A DNA stretch of 64,000 nucleotides from an uncultured Bifidobacteriaceae bacterium (lineage in GTDB: Bacteria; Bacteroidota; Bacteroidia; UKL13-3), in assembly GCA_964392775.1 (NCBI GenBank), contig CAYMRD010000010.1, positions 10,834 through 74,833 on the forward strand, written 5' to 3'. A model generated the notes under the pieces. The model worked only from the letters and a program-made list of their open reading frames with translations, did not search any database and was not told the DNA's origin. The translations under genes and the position numbers were made by a program. Within the stretch, counting starts at the first letter, position 1. Each line of letters starts with the position of its first letter. Below, piece after piece: positions 50,425 to 60,184 of this stretch.

Positions 50425-50892
50425 TTAATCACGCTTAATCTCAGAAGCCTTTCGATCCTTCAATTTATTAAGCAATTGGTGCTTAAACTCCTGCTCGATA
50501 GTAATTAAACGTGCTACCTTATAGGATGGAAGAGCCTTCTTAAACTCACTCACATATTTACGGGTAAGTTCCAACTCCTGTTGGCGAAACGTAAAGTACT
50601 CATTCATAAATTTATCCGACTCCTGATCGGCAGGTTTTGTCGTCAGGCTTTTGAAAGCTTTTGCACTTTCACGATCTTTCTCTCTCAGAGCCTTTACCTT
50701 TGCGTTGTACTCATTGTATACAGGCCAAAACACTTCCGCCTCTTTAGGAGTGAGTTCCAGTTTTTCAGTAATAAAGGCAATTTTATAAACTTCAGCCTTT
50801 GCTCTTCGCTCGCCTTCATCGTGTTGTGAACTTTGAGCTTTTGACAACACAACCATGCCTAACAGGCACATAAAAATTACACTTTTTTTCAT
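50425..50892 (-). CDS. Periplasmic hypothetical protein, possibly Spy/CpxP-like stress protein
   Basis: Signal peptide; helical, Lys/Glu-rich. Sits immediately downstream of the ECF sigma / anti-sigma pair. Confidence 0.35.
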   Translation of the reverse strand: MKKSVIFMCLLGMVVLSKAQSSQHDEGERRAKAEVYKIAFITEKLELTPKEAEVFWPVYNEYNAKVKALREKDRESAKAFKSLTTKPADQESDKFMNEYFTFRQQELELTRKYVSEFKKALPSYKVARLITIEQEFKHQLLNKLKDRKASEIKRD

Positions 50893-51374
50893 AATGTTTC
50901 AAGTATTAAATATTCTTCTTCATCTATTTCAACTGTCATATCATTCACCGGAACCAGCTTCACCACCTCCTCAACAGGAACCTCCCGCATAGGGTCTTGC
51001 TGCAGATAACCTATAATTTCTTCCTCGTTGAGCTGAGGATAACTAACCGCTTGCTGTTGGGGTTTATATATGCTAAACAATATGCCTGCAACAAGCAATG
51101 CTGAAGCTGCAACAGAAAACTGTTTGGCATAAGTTGTCGGCCAAAGCGTTTTTATTCTGCCCTTTTGTTGGGTTGTTTTCAACAAAATATTTTGTCTTGA
51201 CTGCTTAAAATATTCATCTTCAATTGGCTCTTCGCTTGTGTGTTGTTGCTGATACACCGTTTGAAAATACACAAGCACCTTCATATCATCAAAATACCCT
51301 TCAGGTACTTTAAAGCCTCCTTCTACGGGCAATTGTTTTAAGTTAAAATCAATATTTTCGTTAAACTCTTGCAT
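50889..51374 (-). CDS. Putative anti-sigma factor (single-TM protein downstream of the ECF sigma factor)
   Basis: Cytoplasmic N-terminal region, one TM helix (AASALLVAGILFSIY), 4-nt overlap with the neighbouring gene. No strong motif. Confidence 0.4.
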   Translation of the reverse strand: MQEFNENIDFNLKQLPVEGGFKVPEGYFDDMKVLVYFQTVYQQQHTSEEPIEDEYFKQSRQNILLKTTQQKGRIKTLWPTTYAKQFSVAASALLVAGILFSIYKPQQQAVSYPQLNEEEIIGYLQQDPMREVPVEEVVKLVPVNDMTVEIDEEEYLILETL

Positions 51375-51407
51375 GTATTTGTTTGGATGATGGAGAAATG
51401 CTGAGGT

Positions 51408-52016
51408 TTAATTTGTCTTTATAAATTGTTCAATCTTTTTCACTGCATGATGGTATGAAGCCTTGAGTGCGCCCACAGAAGTATCCAGCACATGGCTCAT
51501 TTCTTCATACTTTAAGTTGTCGTAGTATTTCATATTAAACACCAGCCGTTGTTTATCGGGCAATGTCAGAATAGCTTCCTGCAACGTGAGTTCAAGTTTA
51601 TTGCCGTCAAAATAAGAGTCGGCAGTAAGCTTACCGGCCAAATAACCGGCATCATCATCTTCTTCATTCTGCAAACTGATATGCGAACGTCTTTGCCGAA
51701 TCAACAACAATGCTTCATTGGTGGCAATCCGAAAAATCCATGTATACAATTTTGATTCTCCTCGGTAAGTACCCAGTTGTGTCCATATTTTCACAAATGT
51801 ATTTTGAGTCACATCATCTGCATCATCATGGCTGATTACTATTCGCCTTACCAGCCAATACACTTTCCGGTGATACTTATCCAGTATGCACTCGAAAGCC
51901 TTTGCTTTGGTGTCTTCATTTCCAAAAGCTTCTAATAATATGGTATCTTCCGATTGGCTGTCCATTTGTACAAGGATACCTATTGAGAGCAGATTGGCCT
52001 CAAAAGGTTTAATCAA
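51408..52016 (-). CDS. RNA polymerase sigma-70 factor, ECF subfamily
   Basis: Region 2 (...DVTQNTFVKIWTQL...YTWIFRIATNEAL) and region 4 HTH (...YDNLKYEEMSHVLDTSVGALKASYHHAVKKI). The start may be MDSQ at ~51965. Confidence 0.8.
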   Translation of the reverse strand: MIKPFEANLLSIGILVQMDSQSEDTILLEAFGNEDTKAKAFECILDKYHRKVYWLVRRIVISHDDADDVTQNTFVKIWTQLGTYRGESKLYTWIFRIATNEALLLIRQRRSHISLQNEEDDDAGYLAGKLTADSYFDGNKLELTLQEAILTLPDKQRLVFNMKYYDNLKYEEMSHVLDTSVGALKASYHHAVKKIEQFIKTN

Positions 52017-52095
52017 TCTACGAAAAATACCGGATTACCGAAAAAAGTTTGCTCCCAGTTATTTTGGCTGTATTTTCACAACCTAAAACAACTCT

Positions 52096-53430
52096 ATGGA
52101 AATTGCACTGTTGATTATTGGAATATGTGTTGGATTTGCCATTGGCTGGTTGGTGCACAAAAGCAAACAACCTGTTGGCGATGAACAATCTGAAGGTATC
52201 ATCCAACAACTCAACACAGCAAATGGACAAGTAAGTTCGCTCAGCAGCACCAACAAACATCTGTCGGATGAACGCGACCGGTTATCATCAGAGGTGAAGT
52301 TGCAACAACATCAGATATTAGAACTCAACAACCACCTCACTTCAGCCCGCAGTGCATCTGCCCACCTCGAAGAACGGCTGGCTGAGCAAAAGGGAGAACT
52401 CGAAAAACTCAACGAACGTTTTAAAACCGAATTTGAGAATCTGGCCAACCGTATCCTCGAAGAAAAAAGTCAGAAATTCACGGAGCAGAATAAACAATCC
52501 ATAGATGGAATATTGACACCATTGCGCGAGCGCATCAAAGATTTTGAGGATAAGGTTCAGAAAGTATACGATACCGAAGCCGCGGAGCGAAATGTTTTGA
52601 AAGGTGAAATCAAACAACTCATGTCGCTCAATCAGGTGATGCATCAGGATGCGCAAAACCTGACCAAAGCGCTTAAAGGTGATAGCAAAATTCAGGGTAA
52701 CTGGGGAGAGTTTATTCTGGAAAGCATTCTTGAAAAAAGTGGGTTGGTGAAAGACCGCGAATATCAAACACAGCAGAGTATCACTACCGAAGATGGCAAA
52801 CGTTACCAGCCCGATGTCATCATCAATCTGCCCGATGGAAAATGCCTGATTGTCGATTCAAAGGTTTCATTGGTTGCGTATGAACGGCTGGTAAATGCCG
52901 AGGATGAGAACCTTCGGATGATTGCTCTCAAAGAGCATAGTGTTTCTCTCAAAAATCATATCAAAGGGTTGAGTGATAAAAATTATCAGCAATTGTATGG
53001 CATTAAAAGCCTTGATTTTGTATTGCTTTTTATTCCTATTGAACCTGCTTTTGCGGCTGCCATGCAGTTCGACAATCAACTGTTTAATGATGCCTTTGAA
53101 CGCAATATTGTGATTGTAAGTCCATCCACTTTACTGGCAACCCTGCGCACCGTTGCCAATATCTGGAGACAGGAATACCAGAATAAAAATGCCATTGAGA
53201 TTGCAAACAAGGCCGGAGATATGTATGATAAGTTTGTGGGCTTTGTGGATGATTTGATTGCGGTTGGAACCAAAATGCGCGACTCCCAAAAAGCATACGA
53301 AGGAGCCATGAACAAACTCAAAGATGGCAACGGAAATCTTGTTAAAAGAGCCGAAGACTTGAAAAAACTGGGAGCCAAGGCATCAAAGTCCCTTGACCAA
53401 CGCTTGATTGAAAAAGCCGATCTTGATTAG
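52096..53430 (+). CDS. rmuC: DNA recombination protein RmuC
   Basis: N-terminal TM, long coiled coil, C-terminal RmuC nuclease-like domain (...PDVIINLPDGKCLIVDSKVSLVAYE...). Confidence 0.85.
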   Translation: MEIALLIIGICVGFAIGWLVHKSKQPVGDEQSEGIIQQLNTANGQVSSLSSTNKHLSDERDRLSSEVKLQQHQILELNNHLTSARSASAHLEERLAEQKGELEKLNERFKTEFENLANRILEEKSQKFTEQNKQSIDGILTPLRERIKDFEDKVQKVYDTEAAERNVLKGEIKQLMSLNQVMHQDAQNLTKALKGDSKIQGNWGEFILESILEKSGLVKDREYQTQQSITTEDGKRYQPDVIINLPDGKCLIVDSKVSLVAYERLVNAEDENLRMIALKEHSVSLKNHIKGLSDKNYQQLYGIKSLDFVLLFIPIEPAFAAAMQFDNQLFNDAFERNIVIVSPSTLLATLRTVANIWRQEYQNKNAIEIANKAGDMYDKFVGFVDDLIAVGTKMRDSQKAYEGAMNKLKDGNGNLVKRAEDLKKLGAKASKSLDQRLIEKADLD

Positions 53431-53469
53431 TGGCATGATATATGTCAGTGAAACATCCAACAAGACTCA

Positions 53470-54159
53470 TTGTTATCCATACAACCAAAAACAGATATTT
53501 GCACCGTGAAAAACATCATAACCTTTCTTCTCATCCTCTCGTTCACTCAGGTACTTGCTCAAGACAAAACAAACAATACCGATAAAAGCGCGGAGAAACT
53601 ACTGAATACCGTTAGCAAACGATACAAGGCATTCAAAAGCATGAAGGCCGATTTTATTTATGCAGTAGAAAGCAAAGCCGACAAATCAATTGAAAAACAA
53701 AAGGGGACCCTTCTTGTGAAAGGAAACAAGTTTAAACTGGATATTGCAGGACAGGTTATCATTTGTGACAATGCCACACTTTGGACGTATACCAAAGAGG
53801 TCAATGAGGTGCAGGTAAGCAACTACAATCCTAAAGAAGGAGCCATCCGGATTGACGATATTTTCACCATGTACAACAAAGGGTTCCTCTCAAAAATTGC
53901 TGAAGAGAAAAAAGAAGGCGGAAAAGATATTGTTGTGATAGAACTCGCCCCAACCAACAAAAAGAAAAATTATTTTAAAATTAAGGTAACGATTGATAAG
54001 ACCAATCAAACCATTTTGAAATCGGTTGTGTACGATAAAAGCGGGACCATACATACCTATACCATCACCAACCAGGTTCCAAACTTAAAATTGGAGGACA
54101 AAACCTTTACGTTTGATAAAGCTAATTACCCTAAGGTAGAGATTATTGATTTACGATAG
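53470..54159 (+). CDS. LolA-like outer-membrane lipoprotein carrier/sorting protein
   Basis: Signal peptide; ~200-aa open beta-barrel-like LolA spacing (LKADFIY...KGNKFKLDI...WTYTKE...). Moderate. Confidence 0.5.
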   Translation: MLSIQPKTDICTVKNIITFLLILSFTQVLAQDKTNNTDKSAEKLLNTVSKRYKAFKSMKADFIYAVESKADKSIEKQKGTLLVKGNKFKLDIAGQVIICDNATLWTYTKEVNEVQVSNYNPKEGAIRIDDIFTMYNKGFLSKIAEEKKEGGKDIVVIELAPTNKKKNYFKIKVTIDKTNQTILKSVVYDKSGTIHTYTITNQVPNLKLEDKTFTFDKANYPKVEIIDLR

Positions 54160-54694
54160 GCTTTTTGAATATTCCTTTTACGTGATACGTAACAGGAGGA
54201 CTCAGTTTTACTGATTGGCTTCCTGATATTTCGAAACCACTATCTGAAGTAAAAACCAATTCCTTAGCAGAAGCATACAGTTGGTTTTTCTCTTCAAATA
54301 CAATCTTAATCTGAGTAATTGTTGAATCTTGTTTGTAAATCCAAACATCTTCAATGTCGGTAACTTTATCATTACGGTGGTAATGCAGAATAATCCGATT
54401 CGCTTCAACGACAGAGTCTGCTAAAAATCTTCCGGTGTAAGCAGGTTTCCTCAAATCTATTGCAGTAAAAGGTGCAAGTTCTGTTTCCCATTTCAACGAA
54501 TCCAAATAAATACGATCCTTCTTCTCTCCAAAATGCATCACTTTTACTAAACCATAATGTTGCTCTTTTAACGAATCAAGTTGTGCCTCAAAAAAAGAGC
54601 GTGTATCGAACAAAATCTCACTTGAATCAGTCGTACCTGTAGAGCAACCTGTCATTAAACCTCCCAAAAATAAAACAACAAGATACTTTAACAT
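54143..54694 (-). CDS. Hypothetical lipoprotein (possibly LolB-like / DUF4292)
   Basis: Lipobox LMTGC|S; no strong motif. Confidence 0.35.
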   Translation of the reverse strand: MLKYLVVLFLGGLMTGCSTGTTDSSEILFDTRSFFEAQLDSLKEQHYGLVKVMHFGEKKDRIYLDSLKWETELAPFTAIDLRKPAYTGRFLADSVVEANRIILHYHRNDKVTDIEDVWIYKQDSTITQIKIVFEEKNQLYASAKELVFTSDSGFEISGSQSVKLSPPVTYHVKGIFKKPIVNQ

Positions 54695-56217
54695 AAAAGA
54701 TTTTCTCCTGTCATCTCAGATGGTTGCGGGATATTTAAAAGTGCCAGAATCGTTGGAGCTAAATCCGCCAATCGTCCATTTTTTATTTTATGCTGAATCT
54801 CCGGTTCAACGAGCAATAGCGGAACCACGTTGGTGGTATGAGCTGTATTGGGCGTTCCGTCTTCTTCATTAATCATGTATTCTCCATTGCCATGATCTGC
54901 TGTTACCAGTAATGAATATCCCTGGGAAAGAGCCGCTTTAACGATTTTTCCAAGGCATTCATCTACTTTTTCCACGGCTTTGATTTCGGCAGATACCACG
55001 CCTGTATGTCCAACCATATCGGGATTGGCAAAGTTTACACAGATAAAATCTGCTTCTCCTTTATTAATATTATCAAGCGCATAGCCACACACTTCATCCG
55101 CGCTCATTTCCGGTTGCAAATCATACGTTGCAACCTTGGGTGAAGGTGCCATTTGACGGATTTCACCTTTAAATGGAAGCTCACGCCCTCCGGAAAAAAA
55201 GAATGTAACATGCGGATATTTTTCAGTTTCTGCAATCCTAACCTGCCTGCGGTTGTTGCGTTCAAGCACCTCACCCAGCGTCATCGACAAATCGAGATCA
55301 GGAAATACCACACCCACATTTGCAAAGGTTTTATCATACTCGGTAAGCGTTATATAGCGCAAATCAAGCTTATGTATATTTTGCTCCTGAAAATCCTGTT
55401 GCGTTAAGGCCATCGTAATCTCACGTCCTCTGTCTGTTCTGAAATTAAAACAGATGACAACATCGCCATCTTCAATCTTAGCCAAAGGCTGATTGTTGCG
55501 ATCTGTTGCGATAATCGGTTTAATAAACTCATCTGTTTCACCGGACTCATATCGTTTATTAAGGCTAGCGATTACATCATTAGCATATTCGCCTTGCGCA
55601 TTAACCATAGCATCATACGCCAGCTTAACCCGTTCCCATCGTTTATCACGATCCATAGCATAATAACGTCCGGTGATACTTGCCAACTTCCCGCCCGTTA
55701 ATTTAAGTGTTTGTTGCAAATTACTCAAATAACCCACTCCCGATTTAGGGTCTGTATCTCTCCCATCGGTAAACGCATGAATATAAAATTCAGAAACCTG
55801 CTTTTGATGCAACAAATTACACAAGCCTTTAAGGTGCTCAACGGAAGAGTGAACCCCCCCATCACTCACAAGGCCAATCAGATGAATCTTTTTTGCACCG
55901 GACTTCGCATACTCAATAGCATCTTTGATAACTGAGTTATCAGCAACTGAGCCTTCTTTGAAAGCCTTATTAATCAAAACAAGTTGCTGGTACACTACTC
56001 TTCCGGCACCGATATTCATGTGTCCTACTTCCGAATTTCCCATCTGTCCATCAGGTAATCCAACATCTTCACCCGAAGTTTTGAGTTCGGCCTGAGGGTA
56101 ATCTTTAGTCAATGCATCAAAATTGGGTTTGTGTGCCAGCGAGATTGCATTGCCAATATATGCCTTTCCTTTCCCCCAGCCATCTAAAATCAGTAGTATA
56201 ACCTTATTTGTATTCAT
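54688..56217 (-). CDS. gpmI: 2,3-bisphosphoglycerate-independent phosphoglycerate mutase
   Basis: iPGM N-terminus MNTNKVILLILDGWG, catalytic Ser context GNSEVGHMNIGAGR, C-terminal metal-binding ...TADHGN.E.... Confidence 0.95.
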   Translation of the reverse strand: MNTNKVILLILDGWGKGKAYIGNAISLAHKPNFDALTKDYPQAELKTSGEDVGLPDGQMGNSEVGHMNIGAGRVVYQQLVLINKAFKEGSVADNSVIKDAIEYAKSGAKKIHLIGLVSDGGVHSSVEHLKGLCNLLHQKQVSEFYIHAFTDGRDTDPKSGVGYLSNLQQTLKLTGGKLASITGRYYAMDRDKRWERVKLAYDAMVNAQGEYANDVIASLNKRYESGETDEFIKPIIATDRNNQPLAKIEDGDVVICFNFRTDRGREITMALTQQDFQEQNIHKLDLRYITLTEYDKTFANVGVVFPDLDLSMTLGEVLERNNRRQVRIAETEKYPHVTFFFSGGRELPFKGEIRQMAPSPKVATYDLQPEMSADEVCGYALDNINKGEADFICVNFANPDMVGHTGVVSAEIKAVEKVDECLGKIVKAALSQGYSLLVTADHGNGEYMINEEDGTPNTAHTTNVVPLLLVEPEIQHKIKNGRLADLAPTILALLNIPQPSEMTGENLLC

Positions 56218-56344
56218 AGGGCAAAAGTAATGATTCAGAGGTTAAAAACTTTTTTAGTCTAATCAGTTGCGAACGTAACAAATTTGTTAATTTGCAATGG
56301 CATGATTTTGGCCACAAAACTAATCATCAATCAAGCTCATACAG

Positions 56345-56722
56345 ATGAAAAAAAACTTACTTTTTGCACTTCTGATTATAGCCCTTGCTGCTAAAGCCGA
56401 TACGTTTGATGATGTTGTAAGCGCCATTAAACAAGCCAGCGCTAAAGATGTATCCAAATATTTTAACTCAACCGTTGAGCTGACAGTAGTTAATACTGAA
56501 GGCGTATACAGCAAGCCACAAGCTGAGATGATTGTCAAAAATTTCTTTGCAGCCAATCCTCCAAAAGCTGTATCCATTCAGCATAAAGGATCCTCTGCTC
56601 AAGGCTCGCGATATGCGATTGCAAATTATGAAACAACTCAGGGCAAATACCGTGTATACATTTTTATGAAAGAAAGTACAGGAGGTATGCTCATTCACGA
56701 ATTACGCTTCGAGAAAGAATAA
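56345..56722 (+). CDS. DUF4783 domain-containing secreted protein
   Basis: Signal peptide plus the DUF4783 pattern (...FDDVVSAIKQASAKDVSKYF...VEL...; often found next to nadC in Bacteroidota). Confidence 0.5.
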   Translation: MKKNLLFALLIIALAAKADTFDDVVSAIKQASAKDVSKYFNSTVELTVVNTEGVYSKPQAEMIVKNFFAANPPKAVSIQHKGSSAQGSRYAIANYETTQGKYRVYIFMKESTGGMLIHELRFEKE

Positions 56723-57576
56723 TGGAACATTTATTAGAACACCCATTGGTAAGCCAGCTCATCAGCATGGCATTTGCTGAAGATATTGGAGATGGCGACC
56801 ATACATCATTAGCCTGTATCGATCAACAAGCTTATGGCAAGTCGATTATTGTGGCTAAGGAAGACGGTATAATTGCAGGAACTTTATTAGGATCTCATAT
56901 TTTCCATAAAGTAGACCCTTCTCTCAAAGTTAAAATTTTAATCCCCGATGGAAGTCGGGTAAAACCCGGAGATATTGTACTTGAAATAGAAGGCAGCGAC
57001 ATCAGCATGTTGACTGCCGAAAGAACCGTTCTGAACTTTATGCAACGCCTGAGTGGTATTTCGAGTCAAACAGCTAAATATGTTGCCGAGCTAAACGGAT
57101 TGCACACACAAATCCTTGACACTCGAAAAACCACTCCGGGAATGAGGCTGCTTGAAAAATGGGCTGTTATCAATGGTGGAGGATCCAACCACCGGATCGG
57201 GTTGTACGATATGATCTTAATAAAAGACAATCATAATGATTTTGCAGGGGGAATCGAACAGGCACTTAAACGTACCCGAACGTATTTAGATGAAAGAGGG
57301 CTTCAATTAAAAATTGAAATCGAAACCCGTAGCATGGACGAAGTGCGTGAAGTGCTCAGAATAGGAGGAGTGGACCGGATTATGTTAGACAACTTTAGCA
57401 TTCCTATGTTAAAAGAGGCGGTTGCTCTTATTGCAGGCCAATACGAAACGGAGGCTTCAGGAGGCATCACTTTGCAAACATTGAGGAGCTATGCAGAAAC
57501 CGGTGTCGACTTTATCTCATCGGGAGCATTGACTCACTCTGTAAAGAGTCTTGATTTGAGTATGCGCGTGAGTTAA
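56722..57576 (+). CDS. nadC: Nicotinate-nucleotide pyrophosphorylase (carboxylating)
   Basis: QPRTase motifs ...ILDTRKTTPGMRLLEKWAV..GGG.NHR.GLYDMILIKDNH.. and C-terminal ...SSGALTHS. Confidence 0.9.
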   Translation: MEHLLEHPLVSQLISMAFAEDIGDGDHTSLACIDQQAYGKSIIVAKEDGIIAGTLLGSHIFHKVDPSLKVKILIPDGSRVKPGDIVLEIEGSDISMLTAERTVLNFMQRLSGISSQTAKYVAELNGLHTQILDTRKTTPGMRLLEKWAVINGGGSNHRIGLYDMILIKDNHNDFAGGIEQALKRTRTYLDERGLQLKIEIETRSMDEVREVLRIGGVDRIMLDNFSIPMLKEAVALIAGQYETEASGGITLQTLRSYAETGVDFISSGALTHSVKSLDLSMRVS

Positions 57577-57597
57577 CAAACGATTCTTTATTGCATA

Positions 57598-57640
57598 AAA
57601 AAGGTAGATTCGTCAATTGAGGAATCTGCCTTTTACATTT
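57598..57640. terminator. Bidirectional terminator between nadC and the GldJ-like gene
   Basis: aaaaaaggtagattc-gtcaattgag-gaatctgcctttt. 9-bp stem including one G·U pair. Confidence 0.6.
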
Positions 57641-57649
57641 TAAAGACTG

Positions 57650-59089
57650 TTACTTTTTACGGGCATCGCCTACACGGTCCATTACACAACGGAATCCGAT
57701 TGTAGCTGTCGATAAATCTTCGTCCAAATATCTGCGAGTTCCCGGATGCAGGTAGTAAGCACGGTCTCTCCAAGAACCGCCTTTGTACACGCGGGCTCTG
57801 TTATCAATCAAAGATGAAACACTGTACTCATACTGTTGATCCATTTCTTGATAGGTCAACTCATCTTTGTAACCAATATTGTTTGATTTTTTGTAGTTTC
57901 TACGTTTCGCATTTTCCTCTTCTGTTACCTCACGGTAAGGGATACGTCCTAAACTATCCTTTTCAGAAACGATACCATCGGCATCAGTCACTTTTGTTTT
58001 GTAAACATTACCACGGAATGGACTTACATCTGTTGCATCCTCTGATGAAAGCGGACGGTATACATCCATTACCCACTCACTTACATTACCGGCCATGTGA
58101 TACAAGCCAAAGTCATTAGGTAAAAAACTCTTCGATTTAACATTGGCAGTGTAAAAAGCTCCATCATTCAATTTACCTGCAACACCCGCAACATCACCAC
58201 GTCCACGCTGATAGTTGGCATACATTAATCCGCGATTTTTTTCCGAATCATTTCTTCTCAGCGTCAAACCATCCCAGGGATAAATTCTGCGGACATCAAT
58301 ATTCTCATTATAATCCGGTGATGTATATCCATAAGCAGCATACTCCCACTCAGCTTCAGTTGGCAAACGGTAATCAGGTAATAATATACCGTCTTCCATT
58401 CTTATATTACGTTTGCTTCCGTTTGGAGTGTAATCCTTCAATTGTTTCTTAGCAGTAGGGCTGTATAACCCCAGAAGATATGCTTCCGTGTTAAAGTTAT
58501 TATCATCTACCGATTTTTGAACATCTAAATCGATGAAGCCTTCACGGGCCAAAATCATCTCGTTTACACGATCTGTACGCCACTCGGCATAAGCCTTTGC
58601 TTGTAACCAGCTCACACCAACAACCGGATAATCACGGTAGGCCGGATGGCGCAGGTAGTACAATACATACGGTTCGTTGTAAGCCAATTTATCCCGCCAT
58701 ACGAGGGTATCTGGCAATGCTTTTTCATGAATAATCGGATTGCTCACATACACACGTGCCAACCAATAAAGGTACTCAGTGTAATGGAAGTTGGAAACTT
58801 CTGTTTCGTCCATATAAAAACTAGGAACCGAAACCCTGCGTTTAAAACTATTGCGATCATACATCAGATCCTGTTCTGACTGACCGATTGTGGCGGTTCC
58901 TCCCTCCACAAATACCAATCCCGGACCTGTTTCCTGATCTTTGAATTTTGCCTTTTCAAAGCCTCCCCATTTAGAGTCGTTGTATTTCCAACCGGTAGTT
59001 GCAGACTTTTTGTTGCTGCTATTACAAGCTGAAAAAACAAAAGCTTGCGCAACAGCGGCCAAAAGAATCAATTTTGAAGCGTGCTTCAT
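57650..59089 (-). CDS. gldJ: Gliding-motility lipoprotein of the GldJ/GldK family (formylglycine-generating-enzyme/SUMF1-like domain)
   Basis: Lipobox FSAC|N. FGE-sulfatase domain (…LVFVEGGTATIGQ…, …RVSVPSFYMDETEVSNFHYTEYL…, …YRVLRGGSW…-like C-terminus GGSWRD). Neighbours porU and PorP/SprF genes. Being alone rather than in gldKLMN favours gldJ over gldK. Confidence 0.6.
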   Translation of the reverse strand: MKHASKLILLAAVAQAFVFSACNSSNKKSATTGWKYNDSKWGGFEKAKFKDQETGPGLVFVEGGTATIGQSEQDLMYDRNSFKRRVSVPSFYMDETEVSNFHYTEYLYWLARVYVSNPIIHEKALPDTLVWRDKLAYNEPYVLYYLRHPAYRDYPVVGVSWLQAKAYAEWRTDRVNEMILAREGFIDLDVQKSVDDNNFNTEAYLLGLYSPTAKKQLKDYTPNGSKRNIRMEDGILLPDYRLPTEAEWEYAAYGYTSPDYNENIDVRRIYPWDGLTLRRNDSEKNRGLMYANYQRGRGDVAGVAGKLNDGAFYTANVKSKSFLPNDFGLYHMAGNVSEWVMDVYRPLSSEDATDVSPFRGNVYKTKVTDADGIVSEKDSLGRIPYREVTEEENAKRRNYKKSNNIGYKDELTYQEMDQQYEYSVSSLIDNRARVYKGGSWRDRAYYLHPGTRRYLDEDLSTATIGFRCVMDRVGDARKK

Positions 59090-59156
59090 ATTGTTAGCTA
59101 AAGTTTAATTTTTCAAATATAACGTAATTTATTTCAGATTATTCCAAACTTTCTTA

Positions 59157-60161
59157 CTAAAGTTCGGGACATTTCATCACTCTGGCTGCTTTCCTGCCTG
59201 ATTTCTGCTGAGGCTTAATCTCAAATGCCATCGACAATTCATGTGATCCCTTGGTTGCAGTACGTGCTCCTGACACTGTTAAATCATAACTGTATCCAAC
59301 CCTGAATTTTGAGAAGTTTAATCCTAACATGAAGATTAAAGCATCTGCATTGTTAGAAGTTTGTCTAAGCCACATACCTGTTGTAAGAGATTGTTTCTTA
59401 ACATAAAACCCCAAGTTCAACTGATTAAAATTACGCTGTTGCATATACAATATATTTGGAGAAATCGTTACGCGTTGTTCCTCATATCTGGATTCCTTTA
59501 TTGTAATGTTAGTTCCTGCGTGAAAGGTATATCTTCTGGGGAGTTTAAATATCTCATCAGAACTGCCCGGATTATAAAAAGACTGATTAGGTTCCGTCAA
59601 ATTATGTACCGCAAACCCGCCATAAAGCTTACTGCTATATATCAGCACACCACTCGATACATTTAACAAGCCGATTTGTTGTACACCAACCTGCTCATTG
59701 GTGGGAAGTATAAAGCCGTATTGATCGTCAATCTGATCTCCAAACCTGAACTTGCTGAAATCGTAGCTTCTCTGGTAATAGGAACCTTGTATGGCTGCTC
59801 TTAATGTAATTTTTCTGGAAAGAGGTGTGGTATATGCATATATTCCACTCAATGTTGTTGTGGTAAGAAAGCCATCACCCGACACATCCATAGTTGCCAT
59901 CGTTCCGATTCCTCCACTCAATGCGTTCACATGGGCATCAAACGAAGCTCCGGCCGTTTTATAATTTCGTTGCAAGCCCGTATACTGATCCCTGCCTATA
60001 ATAACAAAGCGCATATTTCCAGATGCTCCGGCTAAGGCAGGATTGGTATACAGAGGATTTGCATAAAACTGCGAAAACTGCGGATCTTGAGCCCTCAAAA
60101 CAAAAGGTATCAAAACACCTAGCAAATACACGAATGGTCTTTTTTTCATTGCTAATGGCAT
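59157..60161 (-). CDS. Type IX secretion system membrane protein, PorP/SprF family (paralog 1)
   Basis: N-terminal signature AQDPQFSQFYANPLYTNPALAG after the signal peptide, and a C-terminal ...CPEL tail. ~330 aa beta-barrel. Confidence 0.85.
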   Translation of the reverse strand: MPLAMKKRPFVYLLGVLIPFVLRAQDPQFSQFYANPLYTNPALAGASGNMRFVIIGRDQYTGLQRNYKTAGASFDAHVNALSGGIGTMATMDVSGDGFLTTTTLSGIYAYTTPLSRKITLRAAIQGSYYQRSYDFSKFRFGDQIDDQYGFILPTNEQVGVQQIGLLNVSSGVLIYSSKLYGGFAVHNLTEPNQSFYNPGSSDEIFKLPRRYTFHAGTNITIKESRYEEQRVTISPNILYMQQRNFNQLNLGFYVKKQSLTTGMWLRQTSNNADALIFMLGLNFSKFRVGYSYDLTVSGARTATKGSHELSMAFEIKPQQKSGRKAARVMKCPEL

Positions 60162-60184
60162 GATACGAATATAAACAACTTTTT

